The position numbers and the translations under genes were made by a program. Positions 1-11,800 of a stretch of DNA of 64,000 bases are shown in pieces. The stretch comes from Tubiluchus corallicola (lineage: Eukaryota > Animalia > Priapulida): positions 1-64,000 of the forward strand of contig JAQGDQ010000618.1 of NCBI GenBank assembly GCA_030141605.1, written 5' to 3'. Each line of letters opens with the position of its first letter. Within the stretch, counting starts at the first letter, position 1. The notes beneath the pieces were generated by a model. It saw nothing but the letters and a program-made list of their open reading frames with translations, ran no database searches and was not told the DNA's origin.

Positions 1-50
1 GCCATTAGTAGAAAAACTTGCGTAGTAGGATGTTGTTAGCCCAATTGCAG

Positions 51-928
51 AATATTAAATTGTGAAACGGAGGACTTTGGTCTGGACAAAACGTCTGACT
101 TCACTTCCGACACGAGCACCGGAATGAAAAACAAAATTTCCGCTACCCTGCTGATGGGCATTTACGAAGTCCTTCTTGAAGCAAATTTTCTGCAAAACGA
201 ATCATTAAAGAAAGAAGATTGCGAGAAGGTTGTTCAACTGTTTGACAGGTTTTCTGAAGTGAGCGAGCTCCTTCGAAATGCGGCAGCGGTCGGCAAAAAA
301 GGAAAGCAGCACGTTTCTTTAAAGCAGCCCAAAAGCATGTTTTCCTTGCGTTTCGTTGGCAAGTTTTTAGAGTCTTTATACGACAACAAATCACGTGCAG
401 ATGAAGTTTCAAATTTCGCCGAATTACGGCAACGCTTAGATATCACTGGTCACGTCGTCGTCGTTGCCGTGCAAAAATTGAAGGAGCTTTGCACGAGTAC
501 AGCGGACGTGGACAGATATTTTGACTGCTGTTGCCAAATTGCAAGATCGTTGCTCGTTTGTTACAGGAAAGGCGATCGTGAGGCGAGCGCAAATCGCGAA
601 CAAAAAGAGGTGATGCAGCATTGCTCGGAAGCCCTGGCTTCTGTCGTACACGTGTGCTGCTTGCGTTACAGGAATCAACTCGGTGACTTTATCGCTCGTG
701 TGTTAGCAACGGAGGCTGATGAGCGCGCTGCGGAGGAGGACCTCCTACACGGGTTGATCAAGCGGATGCAGGATGTTGTTCTGCCATTGCTGAATGACGA
801 AAGACAGCAAAACGGTCAGCACGCTAAAGAGTTGGTTCATTTATTATCAATCATCAGTGAACTGGCAGACGAGTATCTAATCTGCGGTTCACGAGCTGGT
901 GGCTTCAACACCTCTGCTGTGAACAAAG
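51..928 (+). CDS. FANCI: FANCI (Fanconi anaemia group I) internal exon; reading frame appears disturbed near its 3' end
   Basis: Acceptor ttgcag ends at 50 and donor aag|gtaagg is at 929. The translation ILNCETEDFGLDKTSDFTSDTSTGMKNKISATLLMGIYEVLLE...SMFSLRFVGKFLESLY resembles recalled FANCI SELEDFELDKSADFS...KNNICAFLVMGVCEVLIE...SLLSMKFVSSLLTALF. Confidence 0.85.
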
Positions 929-1458
929 GTAAGGGTCACTGATATGTTATTACTTAAACTTAGAAAAATTGTTTGTAAAAAACTGCCTACAAAGTGTAAA
1001 TTTAAAATATGCATTCTCTGAACGGAAATTTTCAGGCGTGGTGGTAGCCGCCATTAATTTCAAAATCATGACGTAACTGGGAAACTTCATGACTTTTCGT
1101 AAGCGCATTGTAGCTTTCTGTAAGTGTGCCACTTAAACTAATTCAAACTTCTGTAGCTTACCTAATGTTCATGCAAAAGTACAAATTAGCTATCTATTTT
1201 TTTGAGGAATGACAAAAAATTCTTTTACCTTTTACCCTTATAACTTACAGTGCATCGTGTTTATTCAGTCGATAAATGACATATCATTTTGTGGAAGCGT
1301 GGGTGTTCAAAATGGGAGCACCTTACCATAAAATGATCGCAACTCTAAAGTGATTTTACTAATTACACAAGGCGCTTATCGCACTTTTATTACTAAATCC
1401 TAACATTTTTCGCTAACGTTGAAATAAGACCAACTTCCCAGAAGACTTGATCTTTCCT
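927..1458. mobile_element. Non-autonomous TTAA-flanked (Kolobok-like) MITE, family B, degenerate at the left end
   Basis: Homologous to 34145-34669 and, inverted, to 35648-36185. Right end is ctttcct|ttaa. Confidence 0.6.
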
Positions 1459-1482
1459 TTAAATTTCACCTGGTATTTTCAG

Positions 1483-1701
1483 GTGGATGAGTTACCCGTA
1501 TTGAGGAGCCTGCTGACTTTACTTTTATCCACGACGTACAAGATTTCCGGTTGTGCCAAAATTCTGTTCGGGTTGTCGCAGGACATTCACGTCCAACTGA
1601 AAGACATTGATGAAGACATAGACCTGAGTGCTGAAGACCAGAACTTTGCCGTCGTGAGTTCACGGAACGCAGTGCACTGTGCTACAATCTTGATACAACA
1701 G
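1483..1701 (+). CDS. FANCI: FANCI internal exon
   Basis: Bounded by ttttcag|GTG and CAG|gtagat. LSQDIHVQLKDIDEDIDL..NFAVVSSRNA matches the FANCI motif LSQDIHGHLGDIDQDVEV..HFAIVNLRTA. Confidence 0.85.
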
Positions 1702-1789
1702 GTAGATTTTCTGGTGAATTCATAAATACTTTTGAAAAAAATTCTCACAGCAAAGAAATTGAAAACAATGGTGTTTCAGTCCACCTCTC

Positions 1790-2737
1790 TAGATGTTTTC
1801 GTGTTACTGGTACAACTCGGAGCAGATCAACCGGGTCAAGCGAGGACTTACTGTGTTTTCGTGTTACTGGTACAACTCGGAGCAAATCAACCGTGTCAAG
1901 CGAGGACTTGCTGTGTTTTCATGTTACCGGTACAACTCGGAGCAGATCAACCGGGTCACGCGAGGACTTACTGTGTTTTCATGTTACCGGTACAACTCGG
2001 AGCAAATCAACCGTGTCAAGCGAGGACTTGCTGTGTTTTCATGTTACCGGTACAACTCGGAGCAGATCAACCGGGTCAAGCGAGGAATTACTGTGTTTTC
2101 ATGTTACTGGTACAACTCGGAGCAGATCAACCGGGTCAAGCGAGGACTTACTGTGCTTTCATGTTACTAGTACAACTCGGAGCAGATCAACCGGAGAAAG
2201 CGAGGACTTACTGTGTTCTCGTGTTACTGGTACAACTCGGAGCAGATCAAGCGGGTCAAGCGAGAACTTACTGTGTTTTCATGTTACTGGTACAACTCGG
2301 AGCAGATCAACCGGGTCAAGCGAGGACTTACTGTGTTTTCATGTTACTGGTACAACTCGGAGCAGATCAACCGGGTCAAGCGAGGACTTACTGTGTTTTC
2401 ATGTTACTGGTACAACTCGGACCAGGTCAACCGGGTCAAGCGAGGACTTACTGTGTTTTCATGTTACTGGTACAACTCGGAGCAGATCAACCGGAGAAAG
2501 CGAATACTTACTGTGTTTTCGTGTTACTGGTACAACTCGGAGCAGATCAACCGGGTCAAGCAAGGATTTACTGTGTTTTCATGTTACTGGTACAACTCGG
2601 AGCAGATCAACCGGGTCAAGCGAGGACTTACTGTGTTTTCATGTTACTGGTACAACTCGAAGCAGATCAACCGGGTCAAGCGAGGACTTACTGTGTTTTC
2701 ATGTTACTGGTACAACTCGGAGCAGATCAACCGGGTG
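1790..2737. repeat. 60-bp minisatellite, about 16 copies
   Basis: Unit atgttactggtacaactcggagcagatcaaccgggtcaagcgaggacttactgtgttttc repeats in register with the 60-nt lines. Confidence 0.97.
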
Positions 2738-2749
2738 AACAAACCTAAA

Positions 2750-2896
2750 TCACCTTTTCGATGGCAATGCCAGACCCTTCTCCAGAAGATGTTCCGCTAC
2801 GCTAACGTGCTCAATTATCTCCGGATCCAGGGCCGTCGCCTCCTGACGTTTCACAAACTTCAAATCAATCGGCAACGATTCGTTAACGGGATCGCC
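2750..2896 (-). CDS. RNF17: RNF17-like exon, end of Tudor 3 ([12 protein letters not shown]...[18 protein letters not shown])
   Basis: Acceptor ttttccag|GGC is phase 0 and the exon has the typical eTudor-terminal [11 protein letters not shown] helix. It ends at TGA 2752-2750, which overlaps a possible AG|GTGATT donor. Confidence 0.8.
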   Translation of the reverse strand, partial: GDPVNESLPIDLKFVKRQEATALDPEIIEHVSVAEHLLEKGLALPSKR

Positions 2897-5800
2897 CTGG
2901 AAAACAAATTAGATTTGCGGGAAAATATTGACAATGACAAACAAAAGAGTTGAAATTTAATGAAGTTGCAATAAACTCTTGTTAAAATAAGACCGTATTA
3001 GAACAGATTTCAGAAATAAAGAGTAATTTTATTTTTCTGTTCGTTCTGGTTTAAACGGACAAGTCTGACATTAATGAAGCCATGCGCACGAGGGTCACTA
3101 TCGCAGATCAGTGGACAATGTATCCTACTGCATTATTCTTTATTAACAATGCCATATGTGTGCTTGCATAGCAAAATCGTCCATAAGTGTAAGATTAAGT
3201 CACTGATCTAACGCAAACAGAGGCACTGAAAACAATATAAACCGATTTTATCTATTACGCAGCCACCAAAATGTGCATCCGCATCCGGATGCTGTGTAAA
3301 CGCCACTTTACTCTACAAATTTCACATTCCAAGGTGTTCTTTCACATTCCAAGGTGTTCCATATTGCTCACTGTTTACATTGAAGAAGCAGATGTCTTTT
3401 ATTTTAGAATTCTGCCTGCCCAATGTCAACAATAGACGTGACGGGCGTATGATGATGATGATGATGAAGCAACACATAATTGGGCTGTGAAAATTCTCTT
3501 ACTTAGCAAAAATGAAAGCAGAATTTTGACTAGTACATCTATGCTTCCGCCGATAATCTTTGTTTATTGATGTTTTCATTAACTAATTACCATTTTGATT
3601 AGATACAATTCATTATTCGTTTCCAGTAGATTGACGAAATAATCAATGGCCGTCTGCGACCACTGTTTCTGGTTTCCGCCAGCAGGTTGTATTCCGGTCA
3701 GATGGCACTGGACGGAGAACGCGGCTTTAGAGCGGAACTGAGGCAACAGCTGTCGTAACATGGAAAAGTGGAGCTTCTGCGAAGAGCCGTAATCACGAAA
3801 CTGCACCTAAAAAAGCAAAAACAGAGGTACTTGAAGTAGGTTTAAGAAAAATCGTCTTAAAAATTCTATTACAGCAATTTTATGCGTATATCGTACTGGG
3901 TTTATAAGGAATTTTTTGTTTGCTTTCATTTTAAATTTCCCGCAATACTATTCCAATGGCGCCATTACATGATGTCACATACATACAACGTAAATCAGGG
4001 GAAGAAATGTTAAACTACGTCCCAAAAAACTTTGTATGCAAAGCTATATTAGTATTACTTAGCTTTTCGCTTACCTGCTGGAAGAACTTACGTAACTAGA
4101 AACAATAATTCAAAATGCTCAAGCCAATTACCAAAAATGTTGCTGACCCAACCTCCAGGGTGCACTATCACGAAGCACAAAACATATTTTTAATCTTATT
4201 GCAAAATACAGTGACATTTTTTCAGGAACATTGAAATTAACCTAACTTCACAGAAACACTTGTCTTTTCTTAAAAGGCTTGACTGTTCCTTTAACATAAC
4301 AGGCGTACACTCATATCACGGTACGGAAACGTCGGTACGAATTTGCCAATTGCCCGTATTTACCGATAGTAAACAAATACAGCAGGCCTCGTGTAGTAGA
4401 CTCACAGTAATGTAGAATCATCAAATAATAGTCTCAAAAATGGCTAGTATGGACCACTCCTATGCAAACGTATACAAAAACTGTCGACAACTGACTCAAA
4501 TAACTCCGCACAATTGACTATATCTTTGACTCTAAAGTGACTCTGTAATTGACTTTGATTAAACCACTTGAACACACTGATTAAAGCACTTAAACATGCT
4601 GACATACAAGCTACACACTGTGGTTACCTACGTACGTGGTAACACTGATGTAATGATGTAAACGAAGTGACAGCCCACCAACTAGTGGTCCGCTCGCGAA
4701 ACTATGGACTGTGTCCGTAGCATGCAGAATTTTTAAACGGTCTAGATTTTGTCCAATTCATCCGACATCCATACAAGAGAGGTCCGGTAAACCGAGATAT
4801 GAACGTATTTACATTCTGCGGGAGTAGAGCCACAGTTTTCCACAATCAGCATTTTCCCGTTCCGATCGTGGAACAAAAATAAACAAAAGACGAAATCTCT
4901 TTCTTACCAGAGCAGTGTTGTCATCGTCCACATCAAGTATGACACCTCTATACCACCTGTCTTTATACAGCGCGGCACAGGTTAGCGTAGGTTTCCACAC
5001 CTGATTCTGCATCCGTGTGTCTGTGTAAACCTCCAACATCTCACACATGAATCTGCAAGTATCAAAGCACGTTATTAGATTTTCGTTGGGAGAGATCCTT
5101 TTCTCTCAAGCGAGAGAGCGAGAGAGAGAAACGAGATATCTCAGTTCAACCACCTTGAATCTCGATAGAACAAGGTGCTGCTGTGACACTTCGAATTGTG
5201 GAAGGCGACGTTCTTGAGAGAGAGGGAGCGAGTAAGCGAGTGCAAAAGAGAAATAAAGAAATAAGAAAAGAGAGAGAAAGAGACAGACAAGACAGAGAGA
5301 GACAGGCAAAGAGTGAGAGAGAAAGGCGGGAGTGAGTAAGTTGGAGTGAAAAAGAAAAAGACACAAAAACAGAGAGAAAGGAGAGAAAGAGAGAAAAAAG
5401 AGAAATATAAACAAAGTGAGAGAGAGAGGGAGAGAGAGAGAGACAGAGAGAGAAAGGGAAAAGGGAGGCGAATGAGGTGAAGTGGAAAACAAAAAGACAC
5501 AAAACACAAAGAGAAAAAGAAGACAAAGAAAGAGAGATTGAGAAAGAGAGAAAGAGAAGGAAGGAGAGAAAAAGATAAAATGATTCTGGGTGGCTCATAC
5601 AGTTTGCAGTTTTTTGCCACGTATGGCTCTCCCATCCCAGCCCATATCTGTATGTAAACCATGTATAATGTTTCCAAGTTGTGAACATGTGATGTGGGTT
5701 AAATAAAAAATAAAACTTAACTTAAACACTCACTGATCAAGTTCGTCTTGTGATGTTTCAATCTGCAGGAAGATACAGAACGGAGAGACAACATGGCTGA

Positions 5801-8800
5801 CGACGACCTTGTTCGTCATTACTGGCTTCTTCAAGTCTAGTTTTGATCGTTTGCTCTTCTTTGGTTTCTCGTTGCTGCCAGCAACCGCTCCCACCGGAGA
5901 ATCGGAAGGCTTCTGCAATTCAAATTGATGCCACCTTCAAAAGTGCAGCAACAGACAAAACACTGTTCTTGTGTCACAAATGAAAACCCACAATAAATCA
6001 GGGTGCAACAATTTTTCCAGGTACGGAACCAGGAACGAGGTGACGTGACACAAAAATACCCCCCCCACCATAAAAATTATCTCTGCGTGTAGTTTAAGGC
6101 AATTGCCAAATACAACACAATATATAATAGACAAACCAAACGCAACACGACACATTTTAAGACTGTAATAGACAAACCAATCGCAACACGACACATTTTA
6201 AGACTGTAATAGACAAACCAATCGCAACACGACACATTTTAAGACTGTAATAGACAAACCAATCGCAACACGACACATTTTAAGACTGTAATAGACAAAC
6301 CAATCGCAACACGACACATTTTAAGACTGTAATAGACAAACCAATTGCAACACGACACATTTTAAGACTGTAATAGACAAACCAATCGCAACACGACACA
6401 TTTTAAGACTGTAATAGACAAACCAATCGCAACACGACACATTTTAAGACTGTAATAGACAAACCAATCGCAACACGACACATTTTAAGACTGTAATAGA
6501 CAAACCAATCGCAACACGACACATTTTAAGACTGTAATAGACAAACCAATCGCAACACAACACGTTTTAAGACTGTAATAGACAAACCAATCGCAACACA
6601 ACACGTTTTAAGACTGTAATAGACAAACCAATTGCAACACGACACATTTTAAGACTGTAATAGACAAACCAATCACAACACGACACATTTTAAGACTGTT
6701 TCGATGACGTAAGGTTTGAAAAACACAGTGACAGCATTGCAAAGAGAATTAGAATTGATTAGTAAATAATTATTATTGGTTAGAATTACGATCAAGGTGG
6801 CGAAATCTCAAGAAACACATTCTATTGAGATTATATTACGAAATGGAGACCAGCAGGACTGTTACGGGCATATGACTGTTACATATTAATCAGCAGGAGA
6901 CCAATAAAATAATTCTGTTTAATAATATGTGTCCTTGCAAACCAAAACGGTTCATAAGTCGGTATAGTTAAATTCCGATATGATGCTTCAGTTTGATAAT
7001 ACGTGTGCTTGCAAACCAAAACCGTCCATAAGTTGGCATAGTTAAAACTCCGATATGATGCTTCAGTTTAATAATACGTGTGCATGCAAACGAAAACCGT
7101 CCATAAGTCGGCATAGTTAAAACTCCGATATGATGCTTCAGTTTAATAATACGTGTGCATGCAAACGAAAACCGTCCATAAGTCGGCATAGTTAAAACTA
7201 CGATATGATGCTTCAAAGTAGAATGCACCAAAAATTGGGTCTAATGTCAATTTTTTGTTTTTTTCTAAACGTCGGAAAATTGTTTAGAAAATACTAAAAA
7301 TTTAAGTTAACTCCTTCCCTACTTCTCTACTTAAAAACTAGTATTGCATTTGTCAAATCCCCATATTTTTAAACTATGATTGTAGCTCGTGGAAGCAGTT
7401 ATTTTGCTTGCGATTTTTTCTGCTGCCAAGCCCAGATCTTTGTCAGAAAGAACCATCTGCCAGATTTAAACACAACTTCAATGTGCCCTTGCAAGGTCCA
7501 TGGCAACCACCTATTTGTACGGTTGCTAAGTGTTTTTGTAGAAGCGCGACAACAAATACTGAAAGTAACTCTGAAAGTAACTTTAGTTTCTTACTAATTT
7601 CTTATACTTATACTTAAACTTAAACTGTGTAAATGTGAATTGTGTAAAATTAAATTGTGTAAACTTGAATTGTGTAAACTTGAATTGTGTAAACTTGAAT
7701 TGTGTAAACCTGATTTGAAATATAGTGACTGACTTTTGGAAAAAAACTTTTCTATATTTTATTTTGGCGGGCCCCTTGCTCTTTTGTCAATTTATTTTTT
7801 TTTTACAAAAAAAATTTTTTTTTCGTTTTATTTTGCCGGGCCCCTTTTGATCCCGGGCCTTAGGCTTCAGCCTATTCAGCCTATAGGGCTATCCGCTACA
7901 GACTTCAATGTGAATTATTTCAGCTTAGAAATAACATAGAGCACTGAGCTTAGTATCAAAATGATCCTCATGAATATATTAATAACTAAAAAAAGCTTAG
8001 TTGTCGACTTACGTACGTTTTTGCTGTACAAACGCACATATAAAACCTAAATAAAGAAATGAAACATATAGACATTCCGTCCATATGCACGATTACTTTA
8101 ATCAAGGGAGCAACACTCTGCTGAGCAAGGTAAGCACAAAAAAGTAGGTTAAACACCTATAACATCCTTTTCAACAAGCAAAAAAAAAACCAAACTGAGA
8201 TTGCAAAAAAAGATTTCCCACCTTGCTAACCACAGCAGGTGACTTGGCACTGGATTTTGAAGGAACTTGATAGGAAGGACTGTTAATCAAATCCATGATT
8301 GGCCCGGTGACTGCCTCCATTGTTTCATCTTCGTCAATCAGACTGCTTCCAAGTTTTGATGCCTACACCAAAACAAATACCAATCATAGTGTAAATATTT
8401 CATATCTTGTCATAATGTCATAATGCCAAAATGAATCACCCCCCTAAGATTACCCACACACCCAGTGCTACAGCATTATTCAAAAGCCACACCTGTGGAT
8501 CCGTTTCCTGATTTTTAACTTCTCCGGGCTCGGTGGAACTAAGCGCTTGTGACTCCGTTGCATCATTTCCCTCTGGGTCATTTTCACCGAATGCAGATCT
8601 GGCAGAAGATTCTGATGACTGATTAACTTCCGTCTGTAACAGTTTCGTCAGCGCCGAGCTGAAAAATTAGAAAATTAGAAGCTTATTAAGAGCTGTGCTA
8701 CGTCAGTAGTATGTTTATCTTGTTTCTGCGCCAAAACCTGCACTATCAGTAATAAGTTTGCCTTGACTTAAAATTACACTGTCAGTAGTATGTTCAGTTT

Positions 8801-11800
8801 GTTTCTGCACCAAAACCTGCACTATCAGTAGTAAGTTCAGTTTGTTTCTGCACTAAAACCTGCACTATCAGTAGAAAGTTCGCTTTGACCTAAAAATACA
8901 CTGTTGGTAGTATGTTCAGTTTGTTTCTGCACCAAAACCTGCACTATCAGTTGAAAGTTCGCTTTGACCTAAAAATACACTGTTGGTAGTATGTTCAGTT
9001 TGTTTCTGCACCAAAACCTGCACTATCAGTTGAAAGTTCACTTTGACCTAAAAATACACTGTTGGTAGTACGTTCAGTTTGTTTCTGCACCAAAACCTGC
9101 ACTATCAGTTGAAAGTTCACTTTGACCTAAAAATACACTGTTGGTAGTATGTTCAGTTTGTTTCTGCACCAAAACCTGCACTATCAGTTGAAAGTTCACT
9201 TTGACCTAAAAATACACTGTTGGTAGTATGTTCAGTTTGTTTCTGCACCAAAACCTGCACTATCAGTTGAAAGTTCACTTTGACCTAAAAATACACTGTC
9301 AGTAGTATGTTCAGTTTGTTTCTGCACCAAAACCTGCACTATCAGTAGTCAGTTTGCTTTGACTTAAAAATACACTGTCAGTAGTATGTTCAGTTTGTTT
9401 CTGCATCAGTAAGACACTCATCTCGTTTTTGCACCAAAACCTGCACCATAAGTAGTATGTTCAGTTTATATGTACACCTAAATGTACTATAAGTAATGCA
9501 TTCACTTTGATTCTGCACCAAAAATGTGATATAAGTAGTATATTCAGCTTGTTTTTGCACCAAAAGCTAAGCCATCAGTCATATGTTCAACTTGTTTCTG
9601 CACCAAAGTCATCAGTAGTGTGTTCTACTTGTTTCTGCAGCCAAGGCTAAGCCATCAGTAGTATGTTCTACTTGTTTCTGCACCAAAGGCTAAGCCATCA
9701 GTAGTATGCTCAACTTTTTTCTGCACCAAAAGCCAAGCCATCAGTAGTACGTTGACTTCGTTCGTGCATCAAGGTTGACGTTTGTGCGAATTCAACCTCA
9801 GAAATGGAAGTTGCCATGGAAACAAAGTAGTGGCATTTCTACTACTATGCAATGCAGCAAGACAGTGACAATCTAAACCTTTTATGTTTTATTTAAATGA
9901 TTTACAAATGACACGTAACGTTTCCAAAAAAAAAAAACTGGTAAAAAACTGAAACAGGTTTAAACATCCAAATACAACGTACAAAGATCATTCAATTGAC
10001 AATGGAAAAAGACCATTGCAAATACTTTATCATTAATTGCAGAGCTTAGACTTACTAAAAAAGAAAAAAAGAAACACACCCTTTTCCTGTAGACCTTGCT
10101 AAGCCCTTCTGTACGACCACTGCATTGAATTTGTAGGCCTGTCCGCTTTCGGTACGGCCGTAGAGTATTAGCTGAGGTACGCCATTTTCAAATGATTTCA
10201 CAACGGCTGTGAACTGACGTGAGGTAATGAGTTGTGCGAATTGTTGGTTAGCCTGAAAAAACGCAAACAAAAAAAGTGCCAAAACTTTGAATAAAAAATT
10301 CATAGCGATAATTAAAACTGGAAAAAATATATCCGTAAATAACAACCATTTTACTATTTTTCCGAAATTCTTTATCCATTTCTAAAGTGTCTGGTTTATT
10401 GACTTATTCCATAATTTTTACGAAGTGGTGGAAAAATATAACAACAAAGACGACAGCAAAAACGCTGTGGCAATCTAGATTTAGAAAAGATATTTGCACT
10501 CATTTATTATAACCTCTTTACTGAAAAATTTATGCATTTCTCCATTGAAAAATTTGCAAACGAAATATTGGAAAATGTGTAATGTTACAAAATTATGTTT
10601 AAAAGTCTATAATGAATAGAATCATGTTTATTATCACTTAAATATCCATTTTGACCTACCTCATATGCAATACGTTTTCCAACTAGCACCAGTACTAGAT
10701 CTGGCGAAAAACCTTCAAAAATGGCCATTTTTCAGCTGTTTTTTTGCAAAACTTATACCTGTTATTTCTGGAGAACGCGAACGGGCCGGGGGCGGTGCTG
10801 GCTATGGATAGATAGCCTGTTCAGCGGTGGGTGCAGTAGGCATATTTAGAATTAGCAAGAGGGCCGCAGCGTTTTCTCGGACCCAACTACCGATTTTTCC
10901 GAAATTTTGATCAAACAGCATGTGGAAAAATCATTCTAGCGGCGCCTGGTGGGACTCTCGGAAGGAGATATGTAGCTCTTTAGAAAGAGAAAGAACGGGG
11001 CTACATGATGATGTGGGCTATATTTTAGGACACGTCCACCAAGAGGAGTGTTAATTAGATGTTCTATTTTCCGCAATTTTCGCTTGGGAAACTGCTGACG
11101 CAAAGCCATTGTTCTGACGTCATCCATTATACTCTGTCTATAACCTTATAACTTTAATTCACTAAAGCTGCTGCTGCTTCGCATTAGATAAAAAAACGAA
11201 CACTGGGTAGGATGTTCGCGCATTGTTGATTATAAGTGGATTTATCAGCAAAATTTTTTGCGGGGCCTTTGCTAGTCTGATATTAATATTAACTCATCAC
11301 TGCTTTTGCTAGAAGAGTATTTTATATCACTTTCAGCAGAATCTGTGACACTTGTAGAAATTGTACAATCTCACCACAGCAGTCTATTACAGCTTTCTCA
11401 CACGCCACCATAATTACTACGTCAGAACAAAAGAAACAAGCAAAACGTGACATCTAACGGGATATTTACAACTTTTTGCATAACTAATGAGAACAAAGGA
11501 GACTTTACACGACTCTAGAAGACATACAGAATTTGTTAGCAAAGCCTGTGTGCAGAAGATCCGTGAATGGGAATGGTGTCATCATGGCCCTTGTCGAGCG
11601 CAAAAATAAAGAGATGAAAAAGTCGCTCCACCTGCGAACCGATAAATGACAAGAGCGCAAAAGTAAACAGGTGAAAAAGTCGCTCCACCTGAGAACTGAT
11701 AAATGACAAGAGCGCAAAAATAAAGAGGCGAAAAAGTCGTTCCACCTGCGAACCGATAAATGACAAGAGCGCAAAAGTAAACAGGTGAAAAAGTCGCTCC

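Noticed and set aside
1732-2953. Long plus-strand ORFs (338, 281 and 246 aa)
   Set aside because: They are translations of the 60-bp minisatellite, open in several frames. The unique part (2750-2896) codes on the opposite strand.
5106-5688. Hydrophobic F/L/S-rich ORFs resembling membrane proteins
   Set aside because: They are translations of the (CT)n-rich low-complexity strand.
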